From the NCBI RefSeq assembly GCF_963921235.1, contig NC_086108.1:43960001-44024000 (forward strand): a DNA stretch of 64,000 bases, written 5' to 3'. Under the pieces are notes generated by a model, which searched no databases, had not been told where the DNA came from, and saw nothing but the letters and a program-made list of their open reading frames with translations. The stretch's first letter is position 1. Each line of letters begins with the position of its first letter. Origin of the DNA: Mobula hypostoma. Lineage: Eukaryota. This document shows positions 40,247-53,639 of this stretch, in pieces. Both the position numbers and the translations under genes were made by a program.

Positions 40247-41449
40247 GATGGAGGTGTCCATGTCCGTAGATCACTCAAAGCTGCTGCACAAGATGATTGG
40301 ATGGTTAAGAACACATATGTTAAGCTGGCTTTTATTAGTAGAGGATTGAGGTCCAAGAGCAGTGAGATAATGTTGCAGCTCTATAAACTCTGGTTAGAGT
40401 TTGAGGTATCACAACCAGAACTAAACACCTCATTATAGAAAGGATGTGGAAGTTTTAGAGAGGGTGCAGTGGAGATTGACCGGGATGCTGCCTGGATTAG
40501 AGGACATACCTAGTGAACATTTGCATGAACTAGCACCTGTCTCTTTAGAGCAACGGACGATGAAAGGCAACTTGATAGGTGTGTGTAAGATTCTTAGGCA
40601 GAATCCTTATCCCAGGGCGGCAGTGGCCAATCCCAGAGGATTTCCTTTTAAGGTAAGTGGTGGAAAGCTGAGGGAGATGTCGAAGGTAGTTTTCTTCCAA
40701 ACACAGTGGTAGGTGTCTAGAACATGATGCCTGGAGTGGTAATAGAGGCTCATACAATTGGGATATTTAAAATGTTCTTGGATAGACTCTTGGATGTAAG
40801 AAAAATGAAAGGTTATGGGCTGTGTAGGAAGAAAAGGTTAGACTGATCATGGAGCAGGTCAGCACAACATCATGGGCAGAAGGGCCTGTACTATTCTGTA
40901 TTGTTCTATGAATATAGCAGGAGAATGGGGTTGAGAGGGATATTAAATTAGCCGTGATAAAATGGCAAAGCAGACTCGATGGGCCGAATAGCTTAATTCT
41001 GTTCCTATGTTTTATGAATATAAACAATCGTAAGTTGTAATAAAGGTTGTAAGTGTTATTAACAGTGCTCCAATTGCACATCCTTTTTGAGAATTTTAAG
41101 TGATGCCGTTTAAAACAATATATTCTTACCCTAACTGTGTTCTTTGTACTTGCATAAAAGTACATTCCGTAAATGTAGGCAGCAGGAAGTTTTTAAATTT
41201 TCACTTGGATTATGTTTTTAATATTAATCAGCATCTTCTAAATTAAATATAGAACAGGCAAATTGTGAAAATATTCTTGGAAATGTATGATTCAAGATTG
41301 TTTTTGCACATAGTTCCCTATATAGAGACGGAGGAAATTGTGTTACATCATTATTTTAAGCCGCACTGTACTCTACTGAGTGTTAATACAAGTTGGTAGA
41401 TTTGAGTAACTTCATTTTGCTACAGTTCACTGTGATTTGCACAGCTGAC

Positions 41450-43560
41450 AGTTTATTATTGTTACATGTACCAAGGTACAGTGGAAAAGCTTTGCTTGCA
41501 TGCCATCATACAGATCATTTCATCACACCAGTGCATTTGAGGTATTACAAGGGTAAAACAATAATAGAGTACAGAATATATATGTTAAAATAACAGAGAA
41601 AGTGCAGTGCAGGCAGAAAATAAGGTACAAGATCAGGATGAGGTAGATTGTGAGGGCAAGAATCTATCTTGCCTTACTAGAGTACCATTCATTAGTATCA
41701 CAGTGGAGTGGAAGCTGTCCTTGAGCTTGGTAGTACTTGCTTTCAGGCTTTTGTGTCTTCTGCCTGATGGACGGGTAAGAAGAGAGAATGTGCAGGGTGG
41801 GTGGAGTCTTTGATGATACTGTCTGTTTTACCAAAGCAATGAGAAGTGTATACAGAGTCCATGAAGGGGAGGCTATTTTCTGTGACGTTCTGATTTATGT
41901 CCACAACTGTCTGCAGTTTCCTGTGGTTTTGGACAGAGCAGTTGCCATATGAAGCTGTAATACATCTGGATAGCTTTCTTTCTGTGGTAAAAATCAGTAA
42001 GGGTCAGCGGAGCTTGTTGAATTTCCTTAGCCTGTTGGGAACTTGAGACGCTGGTGAGCTTTCTTAGCTGTAGTGCCTAAGTGATTTGACTGGGGCAAGC
42101 TATTGGTAATGTTCATTCTGAGGAACTTCAAGCTCTCAACCATCTCCACCTCAGCACCACTGATGTAGAAAAGAGTTTGTGCATTGCCCCCACCTGATAT
42201 CAATGACCAGCTGTTTGCCTTGCTGATAATGAGGGAAAGGTTATTGTTATGACACCATGCCATTAGGATAGCTTCCTCCGACTCATTATTATTTAAGATT
42301 CAGCCCACCACAGTGGGATCATCTGCAAATGTGTAGATGGCGTTGGAATAGAATCTGGCCATGCAATCATGAATATATAGGGAGTAGAGTAGGAGGCTGA
42401 GTATGCAACCTTGTGGGGCACCAGTGTTGAGGATAATTGAGGCAGTGGTCTTGCTGCCTATCCTTACTGATAATGGTCTGTTGGTCAGGATGTCAAGGAT
42501 CCAATGCAAAGGGACATGTTGAATCTGAGATGAGCTTGCTTGGAATTATGGCATTGAAGGCAGATCTGTTAGTCAATAAATATTGGTCTGATGCACACAT
42601 CTTTATTATCCAGATGCCTCAGCGATGAGTGTAGAGCCAGAGAGATGGTGTTTGCCATAGAACTGTTTCAGCAGCAGGTGAATTGCAGTGGGTCGAGTTT
42701 GCCTGGGAGGCTGGAACTGATGAGTGTCATTACTAGCCTCTTGAAGCAGTTCATGATGGTGGATGTCAAAGTCAAAGCAAGACAGTCATTAAGGAACATT
42801 ATCTTATTTTTCTTTGGCACTGGAATGATAATGGTCTTCATAAAACGTATGGGAGCCTAAGGCTGAAGTCACGGGGGGTTAAAAATGTCTACAGAAAAAC
42901 CTTGTCAGCAGATCTGTGTAAGATCTAAGGACACAACCGGAATTTCATTCAGGCCAGATGCTTTTTATGGTTTCACTCTCCAGAAAACTGATCTGCCATC
43001 TGCAATGGTAATTGTTGGTACCGTTACTCTGGAGGCTGCTGGGGTGGGTGGCAACATTTCATTCCCTTCTGTTCTAAATGTGCACAGAGTGCATTACAGT
43101 AATTAGAAAGAGATGCACTGATATCGGTGACGCTGCCCAACTTTGTTTTGTAGTCCATTTTAGCACGTAAGCCCTACCACAACTGGAGGCTGGTACAGAA
43201 CTTTATTTGTGGACTGGCATTGTCTCTTGGCACCCCTGATAGCTTTACGAAAGTCGTATTTTGATTTCTTGGAGAAGTCAGCATGACCCTATTTGAACAA
43301 TGCAGTTTTAGACTTTAGTAGGGGATGGATCTACTAGTTCATCCACGGTTTCCAGTTTTGGAACACCCAGATTGACCTCTTTGTTATGCAAATCTCTACA
43401 CATTTATAATAAAGTTTGTGCCAGTGGTGACTCATTGTCTGCTGAGTCCTTGAAAATGGACCAGTCTACCATTCAAAGCAATTGCATTGAAGCTCCTTTG
43501 TTTCCTCAGACCAGCACTGGCTATACATAATCAGGCATTCGTCCGCTGGGGAGGACCTGT
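41450..43560 (-). mobile_element. Rex1/Babar LINE, decayed
   Basis: WILDILTNRP..NTGAPQGCILS..FADD (42300-42509) and WCHNNNLSL. Confidence 0.8.
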
Positions 43561-43909
43561 AAATGTGTGAAACCTTGTTTTTCCTTCACACAAAGAAAAC
43601 ATACTGATTCTATTATTTTCAAAGTAGCCCTGATACATCATCCTTACTAATGTATAATGTAGTTTGGAGAAGTTTTGAAAGTCAGGTGAAAGAAGGAAGG
43701 CCAGTGAGAGCTGGGGGGTGGTACGGGGAGTAACAACTGGGAGAGAGTGTGACACTTTGTGTGTTTCATTGGATGAGAACCCCTCTGATGGTACATTATG
43801 AGACTGTACTTTTCATCCAGTTTATCCTAAAATTAACAGAATGCAGGAACTAGAATAAATGAATTCTTTAGGGATGATTCTTTTGGTTTTTGCTGAGTAG
43901 CAAAGTGTA

Positions 43910-44710
43910 CAGTGGATTCCATTTAATTCAGGCATTGGTTAATCAAGGAAGCCATTTATTTGAGACAACTCTTAAAGAACAAAAACTAAATCAAGAAAAT
44001 AGCCAGGATTCCCTTTATTTGTTTGGGACACTGTGCTGCTTAATTGGCACAGGAGACTGTTGCTGAACTTTTCTAACTAGCATCTGTTACGTGCACTTGT
44101 GTGGCTTTTAGACACTACACCTTGCTTAGTGATCAGTTTTTAAATCACTTTGTTTTCAAAAAGGCAGTGACTTTTGACACTGATAGTTGCAAGAAATAAG
44201 CATGACACAATTCAGAAGTGTTTTACTCTCTGCGGTTTCAAGCATTCAGGTGTGGAGATGCCAAAAACGGCTGGAAATGAAAATGAAGCAGTTTCACTAC
44301 TTAAACAATTTAGGAATTATGAAGAATTTGAAGGTATCGACAATCATCTTGAATGTTACAATGATAATGAAGATTTGGAGGATACAGTCATCTAAGCCTT
44401 GTATGATCTGCACTAGTTTGTGCTGATTTTGTTTGTTTACAGTCAATCTAAGAACACACAGCATACTTTAGATGAATTCCTCCATCGATACCTATTAGGA
44501 ACTAATACAGTTTTATTGTACTCTCAAGGTATTAGTAGTGTTCTAATTTGTTCCGTATTTAAATACATAAATTGTTACTCAGTTAAATGACAGTTTGTCT
44601 GTTTTTAAACAATTTTTAACTATTTCCATTAAACTTTGGCTAATTGACACAGCCGCTTAATTGGGCCGAAATATAGTGGTCCCGATATGTCCCAGACCCG
44701 GAATCTACTG
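43910..44710 (+). mobile_element. Tigger-type non-autonomous DNA transposon
   Basis: TA-flanked cagtggattcc ... ggaatctactg, with a transposase C-terminal remnant TIQKCFTLCGFK. Confidence 0.75.
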
Positions 44711-45860
44711 TATTTATATACCTCAATATTTTGAATCACCTAGGTACTACTTGTACTTTCCTTACAGTATGTTTTAATTTTCCAAGTGCTTTACTATCTT
44801 AAGGAAAGACGATTACCAAGGTAACTAAAGGGAAAAAATACTGAGAGTTCCAAGAATTTGATGTGTAGTTGTTCTCTCTTGTAATTGGTCAGCTCTTGGG
44901 AGAATTGGAACAGGGCACCTTGCTGTCCTTTCAGCTGAAGCCACTATGATATATTAGAGAGATTATCGTATTGGGAATTTGGTCTACTAATCCTACATGT
45001 GATCACTAAGTGTAAAATTTTCTTTCTACCAGACAGTCAACTTTTTCATTGATTGAGATTCAGCTCGGAGTAGGCCCTTCCAGCCCTTCGAGCTACATTG
45101 TCCAGCAATCCCCCTGTTTAATGCGATAGCCTAATTACAGGAGAATCAACCTACCAACCAGTCTGTCTTTGGACTGTGGGAGGAAACCAGAGCACCCAGA
45201 GGAAGTTTGCTACAATGATGAAGGAGATCATTTGCGAGAGTTTTTTTTTCATCTCTAACTGTATCAGTTTGAGAATTCAAATTGAAGATGAAGATATAGT
45301 AAAAAATCAAGCTGCCAGATTTTCGTAAAAGCAGAAAGTTTTATTAAACTGCTGTCACAAAAGAAACTTGCATTCCTCATCCAGTATGGCCACTCCATTC
45401 CAGTTCAATGGCAAAGTAACTGTGCTTTGAATTGTATCAAATTGTTGCAGCTGGTCGACAAAGAATGTCATTCTGTCAACATAAATGGGAATTGGCCACA
45501 GTCTGGAAATGAGTTAAAAATCTAATTTGAGGTGGATATAGAGGGGAATGTTATCAAAATAAATCAGAAGGTCAAATTTGAATTATTTGTATGTTAACAA
45601 TTAGAAATCTGACCTTGAGCCTTTTGCAATATTTACATCATTTTAATATTCTCCATTGTGAACAGGAATATATTTTTATAGTGGTGTATATATCATTAGA
45701 GGAAAGTATTTCCTGTCCGTCACTTTTTGAAATTGGTTTATAATTTTGTTCATATATTTTTCTTCTTGTTGCATATGCACTTCACTTCACTCCCACGTTA
45801 ATATCAGTGTTTATGCTTAACACATATCTCCTTGTGCCCTCATGTATCTAACCACATTAT

Positions 45861-45936
45861 CACATGCAGCTGTTCCTTTTACCCTCGTGTTTACCTGGAA
45901 CACATGCAGCTGTTCCTTTTACCCTCATGTTTACCT
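45861..45936. repeat. 40-bp tandem duplication
   Basis: cacatgcagctgttccttttaccctc(g/a)tgtttacct at 45861 and 45901. Confidence 0.85.
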
Positions 45937-46135
45937 ACCCCGTAAATGCACCGGTGGAGTTTACCTCAACTGTTTTTTTAAATTAAAGTCTAACCACTTT
46001 CTAGCCACTTTTATTCTGGATTATTTTGGCAGAATATCTTATTTCTTACTGTATATTTTTATGTAATGCAGCTAAGGAAGTGTCTTCTATTTTCCCTATT
46101 GTCATTTATTTGTATCTTAGATATATCTGTGGCCT

Positions 46136-48256
46136 ATCTGTGGATACCTCCTCTTATTTACCCCTCGATCGTGACCTCACTTAGGAGCACCAGGCCATTG
46201 TCTCCCACACCATCACCGACTTTATCCGCTCAGGGGATCTCCCATCCACTGCTACTAACCTTACAGTTCCTACACCTCGCACTTCCTGTTTCTACCTCCT
46301 ACCCAAGATCCACAAACCTGCCTGTCCTGGCCAACCTATTGTCTCAGCTTGCTCCTGCCCCACCGAACTCGTTTCTGCATACCTCGACACGGTTTTATCC
46401 CCCCTTGTTCAATCCCTTCCTACCTATGTTCGTGACACTTCTCATGCTCTTAAACTTTTCGATGATTTTAAGTTCCCTGGCCCCCACCGCTTTATTTTCA
46501 CCATAGATGTCCAGTCCCTATATACTTCCATCCCCCATCAGGAAGGTCTCAAAGCTCTACGCTTCTTTTTGGATTCCAGACCTAATCAGTTCCCCTCTAC
46601 CATGACTCTGCTCCGTCTAGTGGAATTAGTCCTTACTCTTAATAATTTCTCCTTTGGCTCCTCCCACTTCCTCCAAACTAAAGGTGTAGCTATGGGCACC
46701 CGCATGGGTCCCAGCTATGCCTGCCTTTTTGTTGGGTTTGTGGAACAATCTATGTTCCGTGCCTATTCTGGTATCTGTCCCCCACTTTTCCTTCGCTACA
46801 TCGACGACTGCATTGGCACTGCTTCCTGCACGCATGCAGAGCTCGTTGACTTTATTAACTTTGCCTCCCAACTTTCACCCTGCCCTCAAGTTTACCTGGT
46901 CCATTTCCGACACCTCCCTCCCCTTTCTAGATCTTTCTGTCTCTGTCTCTGGAGACAGCTTATCCACTGATGTCTACTATAAGCCTGCTGACTCTCACAG
47001 CTATCTGGACTATTCCTCTTCTCTCCCTGTCTCTTGCAAAAACGCCATCCCCTTCTCACAATTCCTCCGTCTCCGCCGCATCTGCTCTCAGGATGAGGCT
47101 TTTCATTCTAGGACGAGGGAGATGTTATCCTTTTTTAAAGAAAGGGGCTTCCCTTCCTCCACTATCAACTCTGCTCTTAAATGCATCTCCCCCATTTCAT
47201 GTACATCTGCTCTCACTTCATCCTCCTGCCACCCCACTAGGAATAGGGTTCCCCTGGTCCTCACCTACCACCCCACCAGCCTCCGGGTCCAACATATTAT
47301 TCTCCGTGACTTCCGCCACCTCCAACGAGATCCCACCACTAAGCACATCTTTCCCTCCCCCCCCCCCGCTTTCCGCAGGGATCGCTCCCTACACGACTCC
47401 CTTGTCCATTCGTCCCCCCCATCCCTCCCCACTGATCTCCCTCCTGGCACTTATCTGTGTAAGCAGAACAAGTGCTACACATGCCCTTACACTTCCTCCC
47501 TTACCACCATTCAGGGCCCCAAACAGTCCTTCCAGGTGAGGCGACACTTCACCTGTGAGTCGACTAGGGTGATATTCTGCGTCCGGTGCTCCCGATGTGG
47601 CCTTTTATATATTGGCAAGACCCGATGCAGACTGGGAGACCGCTTTGCTGAACACCTACGCTCTGTCCGCCAGAGAAAGCAGGATCTCCCAGCCGCCACA
47701 CATTTTAACTCCACATCCCATTCCCATTCTGACATGTTTATCCACGGCCTCCTCTACTGTAAAGATGAAGCCACACTCAGGTTGGAGGAACAACACCTTA
47801 TATTCCGTCTGGGTAGCCTCCAACGTGATGGCATGAACATCGACTTCTCTAACTTCCGCTAATGCCCCACCTCCCCCTCGTACCCCATCTGTTACTTATT
47901 TTTATACACACATTCTTTCTCTCACGCTCCTTTTTCTCCCTCTATCCCTCTGAATATACCCCTTGCCCATCCTCTGGTTCTCCCTGCCCCTTGTCTTTCT
48001 TCCCAGACCTCCTGTCCCATGATCCTCTCATATCCCTTTTGCCAATCACCTGTCCAGCTCTTGGCTCCATCCCTCCCCCTCCTGTCTTCTCCTATCATTT
48101 TGGATCTCCCCCTCCCCCTCCAACTTTCAAATCTCTTACTCACTCTTCCTTCAGTTAGTCCTGACGAAGGGTCTTGGCCTGAAACGTCGACTGTACCTCT
48201 TCCTAGAGATGCTGCCTAGCCTGCTGCGTTCATCAGCAACTTTGATGTGTGTTGCT
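46136..48256 (+). mobile_element. Penelope-like element (Neptune-like), 5'-truncated RT plus GIY-YIG
   Basis: RT motifs DVQSLYTSIP, KGVAMG and RYIDD, a frameshift near 46870, a Cys-rich linker CKQNKCYTC, and GIY-YIG VIFCVRCSRCGLLYIGKT..RFAEH. 14-bp TSD tatatctgtggcct at 46122-46135 and 48257-48270. Confidence 0.93.
48156..48193 (+). ncRNA. Minimal type I hammerhead ribozyme motif in the Penelope terminal repeat
   Basis: uAGUC-CUGACGA-A-GGGU(cuug)GCCU-GAAA-CG-UC^GACUg: stem I AGUC/GACU, a complete core, and predicted cleavage after C48188. Confidence 0.75.
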
Positions 48257-48932
48257 TATATCTGTGGCCTGTAGTTCTAATTCCAACAAGAGGCGTAAAC
48301 ATTTTCTCCGCTACTACCTTTTAAGTTTTTAATAATCTTATTTGAATTATCAGGTCGTGCCTCAGCATTCTCTTCTAAAGAAAGCAATCCCAACCTTTCC
48401 AGTTAGAGGGGCAAAAACTTTGTTTTGATATCTTTTTCCAAGAATCAAAGTACATTTGTTATCAAAATATGCGTGCAGTATACAACCCTCTGTCTTCCCC
48501 ACAGACAGCCATGAAACAAAATAACACTATGGAACCCGTTCAAAGAAAACATCAAACACCCAATGTGCAAAAAAAAAAGAGCATTGCACAAATGGCAAAA
48601 ATCGAATGAAAACACAGAATATGAAAAAAATCAAACCACAAAGTAATTGGAACAGTCTAGGAATGTTCATTTTAGTTCTGTTTAGCACTGTGTCAGTCAT
48701 TGACCGCAGGCTGCAGAGCCAGTCTGCCCAGATCAAAATCACACAAAATCGCAATTTTAAAAAAAGGAAATCAGAAAAACATCATAATATGAACTACAGA
48801 ATCCGATCCACAAACTGCATCAATTAAACCTTGCCCAAGACCCAGGAGTCTGGCTCCATCCTCCGGCAGCACTGAGTGAGGGGGATGAATCTATTTGTAC
48901 TATTTCCACTACTCCATACTTTTCATGATAAG

Positions 48933-50045
48933 TGTTATGTTTTGTAACTTCAATACAATAAACTAATCGCAATAAAAGATATGAGTCTGAAATTATGTGA
49001 ATCTGTTTGTGTTTTTACTTTAAGCGAAGTGTGCATGGTAGTTTCATAACTTCTGCAATTCACTTATTTTTACACAGATACACAACACTTCTCCCTGCTT
49101 AGCTATAAACTCCAACTCAACGTAGAATGCACCTCAACTATATACACAATATCCTATACAATACAACTGCTGTACAGACATCCACAGCATAGTAAGTTAT
49201 AAATTGTCCCATTCAGGCTTAAAGATTTAATCCCTGTGGAGAATATCTTGCTCTTGTGGGATAATGTCTTTCCTGACAAGGGTGGTCACTCTACTTGGCA
49301 GGTGAGACTTGTGGCTGTGTCAACAATCTTAGATTCTGGGGCCTGCCCCGTGGTGGTTGTAGGAGTTGACTCTGAGACTGCAGGAAGTGGTTCTGACAGC
49401 TCTGGATGTTTCTCTTCTCCTTTTCTTTGCTTCTCTCTCTGGATCTACTTTGACCCTTGCTTTTCTGCTTTTCAGTATCTTGTCTTTCTTCTTCTCACCT
49501 TCCTTTTTCTTCTAGTTTCTTGTGGGTATGTCTGAATTTGCTAATTTCTCAAGAAGTTAGGTCTCATTTATCCTCCTCCATTTCTGTAGCACTAATGCCA
49601 TCCTCTTGTCCATTTTCTTCTTTCTAAGATGTACATCTTGACCTTGGGAAGGTGCATTTAGTTCACTGGAGTATTCTCTTATTAGTCCTTCTATTGTTGC
49701 CTTTACGATCAGATCTCTCCTCTTGGTTTCCTCATGCACAACATTATCTGACAAATCATGGTTTTGTATCTCCATTGACTCCTTTCATTTGGCCTTCCAT
49801 TCATCCAGTTAGGCTTTGGTCTTTGCATCTACTTTTACAAGCAACTTTTTGTCTCCCACTTGATGTTCATACAATAATGCACGCAGGGTAGATTATGGTT
49901 CTTTATGCTGACAAAAACAGAATGCTTGCAACTTTATGAAGCTCCTTGAATTCTCTTCCAGCTTAAAACCAAGCGTCATTTCGCAAGTAACTGCCTGATT
50001 AACATGCCAGAATCTTTCTCAGATCTGTTACCTACAAAATTATTG
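48933..50045 (-). mobile_element. Possible Gypsy LTR-retrotransposon remnant
   Basis: Minus-strand Pro/Thr-rich tail ending ERHYPTRARYSPQGLNL*, resembling Gypsy integrase C-termini, followed by an LTR-like AT-rich segment. No core domains seen. Confidence 0.35.
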
Positions 50046-50079
50046 TAGTCAGATCACTGGTTTCAAAGGGTTCAAAGAA

Positions 50080-50550
50080 GGTTCACGAAAATGATTCCAG
50101 GAGTGAAATATTACATGAGGAGTGTTTGGTAGCTCTGGGCCTGTACTTGCTGGAATTTAGAAGAATGAAGGGGGATCTCATTGAAGTCTATCCAATGTTG
50201 AAAGGCAGAGATAGAGTGGATGTGGGGAGGATGTTACCTATAGTGAGGAAGTCTAGAACCAGAGGGCACAACCCCAGAATAGAGGGATGTCCAATTAGAA
50301 TGGAGGTGATGAGGAATTTCTTTAGCTAGAAGTTTAGCTCGGTGAATCTGTAGAATTCATTGCATCAGGTGGCTGTGAAGGCCAAGACATTAGATGTATT
50401 TAAGGCAGAGGTTGACTTTTTTCGCTTAGTCAAAAGTTACAGGGAGAAGGCGAAGAATCGGATTGAGGGGGAAATGGATCAGCGACGATCAAATGGTGGT
50501 GCAGACTCAATGGGCCAAATGGCCTAATTCTGCTCCCATGTCTTATGGTC
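50080..50550 (+). mobile_element. CR1 LINE 3' end
   Basis: LGLYLLEFRRMKGDLIEVY..RTRGHN..RNFFS followed by the 3' UTR. Confidence 0.8.
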
Positions 50551-51569
50551 TGTTTTCCAATCCATATACCTGGCAATTGGGACTAGCTTGGATGCTGTAT
50601 CTTGGTCTGCATGGACAAATTGGGTCAAATTGGGTCCATGTTCTATGACCACACCTATATATCCAATTTTGTGTAAACTTTTTGAAAGTGTGTCTTAATC
50701 TAGTCATCTAATTTTTTTTGGTATTTATTAATGACTGGATACAGTACATATTTCCATTGGATTAATCATAGGTAGAGTGAGAATGAATATTTAATGAAAA
50801 TGAAAGAATTATAGCAAGCTTACATAGAACATGTGATACCGGTAATGACGGGAAACCAATTTTTCTGGCTTAGAGCAAATAGCTTACTAACAGTTCTAAC
50901 AAGTCCTTGTGTAACCCAGGGACTGTCTAGTTATACTGGAGCAACCCTATATTGAGCATACTAAATTGCTCGTCCCATGATTTGGAGTGATCCAGAAGGA
51001 AATGTTCTGTGTACATTAAATAATGCCAAGCCTCTATCTCATCTAAACATTTTGGAGAATGATTTGGAAAGCAGAGAGAGCCAACAAGGAGACAGGAATG
51101 GAACACAGAAAGTAGATGTGCAATGATTATTACTGATTCTTAAATGTGAAACTGCTGAAAGAAAGACTGAGCTTAATCCACAAAACCAAAATCAGAACTA
51201 CTACTACACAGATGAAAGGGCAGAGTTAATATATATATCAGCAGAAAGCAGACTCCATTTATAACTTGAGGGGGAGAAAAATAATATGCTGTACTTCTGC
51301 AAATCTTCACACATCTTCAGTTAAGAGTTAGTTGTCAACAGTAGCAGGGGTAGAACAATGGTGAGTGGAAGTGTAGCCAAAGAAAGGTGGTTTCTAAATG
51401 ACCTTTTCCACCTGGGAAAGGGTTAAGTACTTTGGAGAATTAAGGCCCTATTATCAATAATGGAGTGACAGACGAGGAAGCACACAGCAGTTATGAGAGA
51501 AAATAAGGGGTTGCAGTGTTCGAGGAAAGATAGAAAAATGTGATCTTAATCTCACATTAATATCTATAT

Positions 51570-51942
51570 ATATGAAGTCTCTGATAATCCACTATCTGCT
51601 TTGTCAGGAATTTCAGTGGTTCACCTGGTGCTATGTCCCACACTCCCTTTAAAGTCATTGAGACTCTGTTCCCACACTCTTTTTCAACTTAATGAGGCTT
51701 GTTATGCACACTCACTTTAAACTCACCAGAGCCATCTTCCCACGGTCCTTTTAAACTAACTGGTGCACAGTTCCCGTATTTCCTTTAAGCTTACCTGGCT
51801 CCCAGGAAAATAGATCTACCTGTTGTATAAAATATTTAAAAGTGTTGGCCTATTAATAGGATTAGTATCCAGTAGTCCTGAAAACCTGTCAGACCAGCAC
51901 CACCAAAGTCCCGAGGGCACAAAATTATTGGAGTTTTATTTT
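51570..51942. mobile_element. Old Tigger-like MITE with five internal 34-bp repeats (51622-51791)
   Basis: Degenerate TIR-like ends (ctctgataatcc / aattattggagtttta). Units start at 51622, 51656, 51690, 51724 and 51758. Confidence 0.5.
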
Positions 51943-53639
51943 ATTTCCTTACAACATCGACTGATTGAATACGTACACCCTTTCTACAGGGGGTTCATTG
52001 GAAGAAACAAAGCCTCACATTGAACAAAAGAACTTGGGAACGTGCTTTGCAACTATATGGATAGTATCACTTTGGTAACATTGTAACTTGTGACATTTTA
52101 CTGATCAGTAGAAGATTCCAGAAAATTTGGATTTTTTTTACATTTATGATCTATGACTGTCTGCAAAGTGGAAGCTTTCTACAGTGGGACTGTCCTCAAA
52201 AATCTATAGGATAAGTACAGTTTCTTCAATAAAGTCTAAAACTGGTATGTTGTAAGAAGGATTCTTCCAAACCACTGCAGCACAGAATTTATCCTCAAGT
52301 AGTTTGTTTTCAAATCAAGTTTCCCAAATTATTAATAATATAATTACCTTTTAAGTACATCATTTATTAAATTTTGTAATGGCTAGTAATTGGTATGATT
52401 AGGAAATGTAATACACAAAGCTGTCCTTTGCAGCAGATTAAATATCATTATGAAAAACAAGCTAACTAATTTTAAAATTTCATTCTCAATATCAAACTTT
52501 ATTTTCCAGAAAAATTAGCTATATTTACAAATTACAACATGATCAGAAGCAGTTATTTAGAGCAGTACAGTTCTGTTTCCAAGTACAAGCAAAATATTAG
52601 AACTGAATGTTCTTAACCAACATCAAGAGCTTTCTAGGGTTTATTTTAAGTTAGAGCTTGTTCACTTTTAACTAATTTTTTTTCATTTAAACCTATCTTT
52701 CAATAATTTGACAGTCCAATAAATGTCAGTTTTTTCAATAAATGTTAAACTATTGACTAAGAAAAATATTTGAAGATAACCAGAAGAACAAAATGTTATT
52801 GTTCAATAGACCTTAATGATACTAATAGGTTGCCCAAAAAAAAAGATGTTGCTAAGCATTAATGTTTGTCTCAATTTTCTTACTAGGAAATCCATTGTGA
52901 GAAAATTGGTATTTGAATGTAATTATCTATAACGTTGTTTGGTCTTGTCAAGGTATAACTTGAGGGAGTTAGAATTTTGTTTACAATGTCACATTAGTCA
53001 AAAAGAAACATCCCTCAGAAATAAGATTGGAAAATGTTTACGTATCATTTCTGCCCATTTTACACACTTCATAATGGTAACTTCCACAGGCATATCTTCC
53101 ATGCATCCAAGTAAGCATCACTTGTACAGAAAATATGACTTCCCTATTGGCATCCAAATGAAAGAGCTGCAAGTTATTTTAAGCCTTTATTAAGCCTTTA
53201 TTCTGTCAATATATAAAGCCTCATTAGATTGTCATGTAATATTTAATATATTATTGAATTGCAGAGTAGGGTGACAACAAGTCAAATGAAGGCAATTAGT
53301 CGTATGATTTTTTGATAGGAAAGGATTTAAGCAATGATGGGGTAATGCCACTGAATATGTTGTGCTGACATGGTTGGAATAATCACTGTATAAAAATACA
53401 TACAAACTCAAATTTTTATTGCAGTAGGTTTTTAGAACAGTACAGCAGAGGAGCAGGTCCTTCAGCCGTATCCTTCCATTCTCCTTACACTGGTGAACCT
53501 ATCTAAAAGTCTCTTAAAAGTGTCTAATCTGTCTCTACCACCATCCCAAGCAACACAATCCAGCACCCACAACTCTCTGTATGTAAAAACAAAACAAACA
53601 AACCTTGCCCCTCACATCTCCTTTGAAATTAAACCCCCT

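Larger units (their letters stand above)
33490..40910 (+). mobile_element. Old CR1 LINE hosting nested insertions
   Basis: Collinear pieces 33490-34028, 34238-34318, 35882-36457 and 40247-40910 (EEIADTL..VPENWRMAKV, SQHGFV, SKFADDT, LERVQWRLT). Confidence 0.8.

Noticed and set aside
50977..51126. 49-codon ORF MIWSDPEGNVLCTLNN...
   Set aside because: No recognisable homology or splice context, and the length is within chance expectation.
51622..51791. CRISPR-like array
   Set aside because: The units are contiguous with no unique spacers, there are no cas genes, and the context is eukaryotic.
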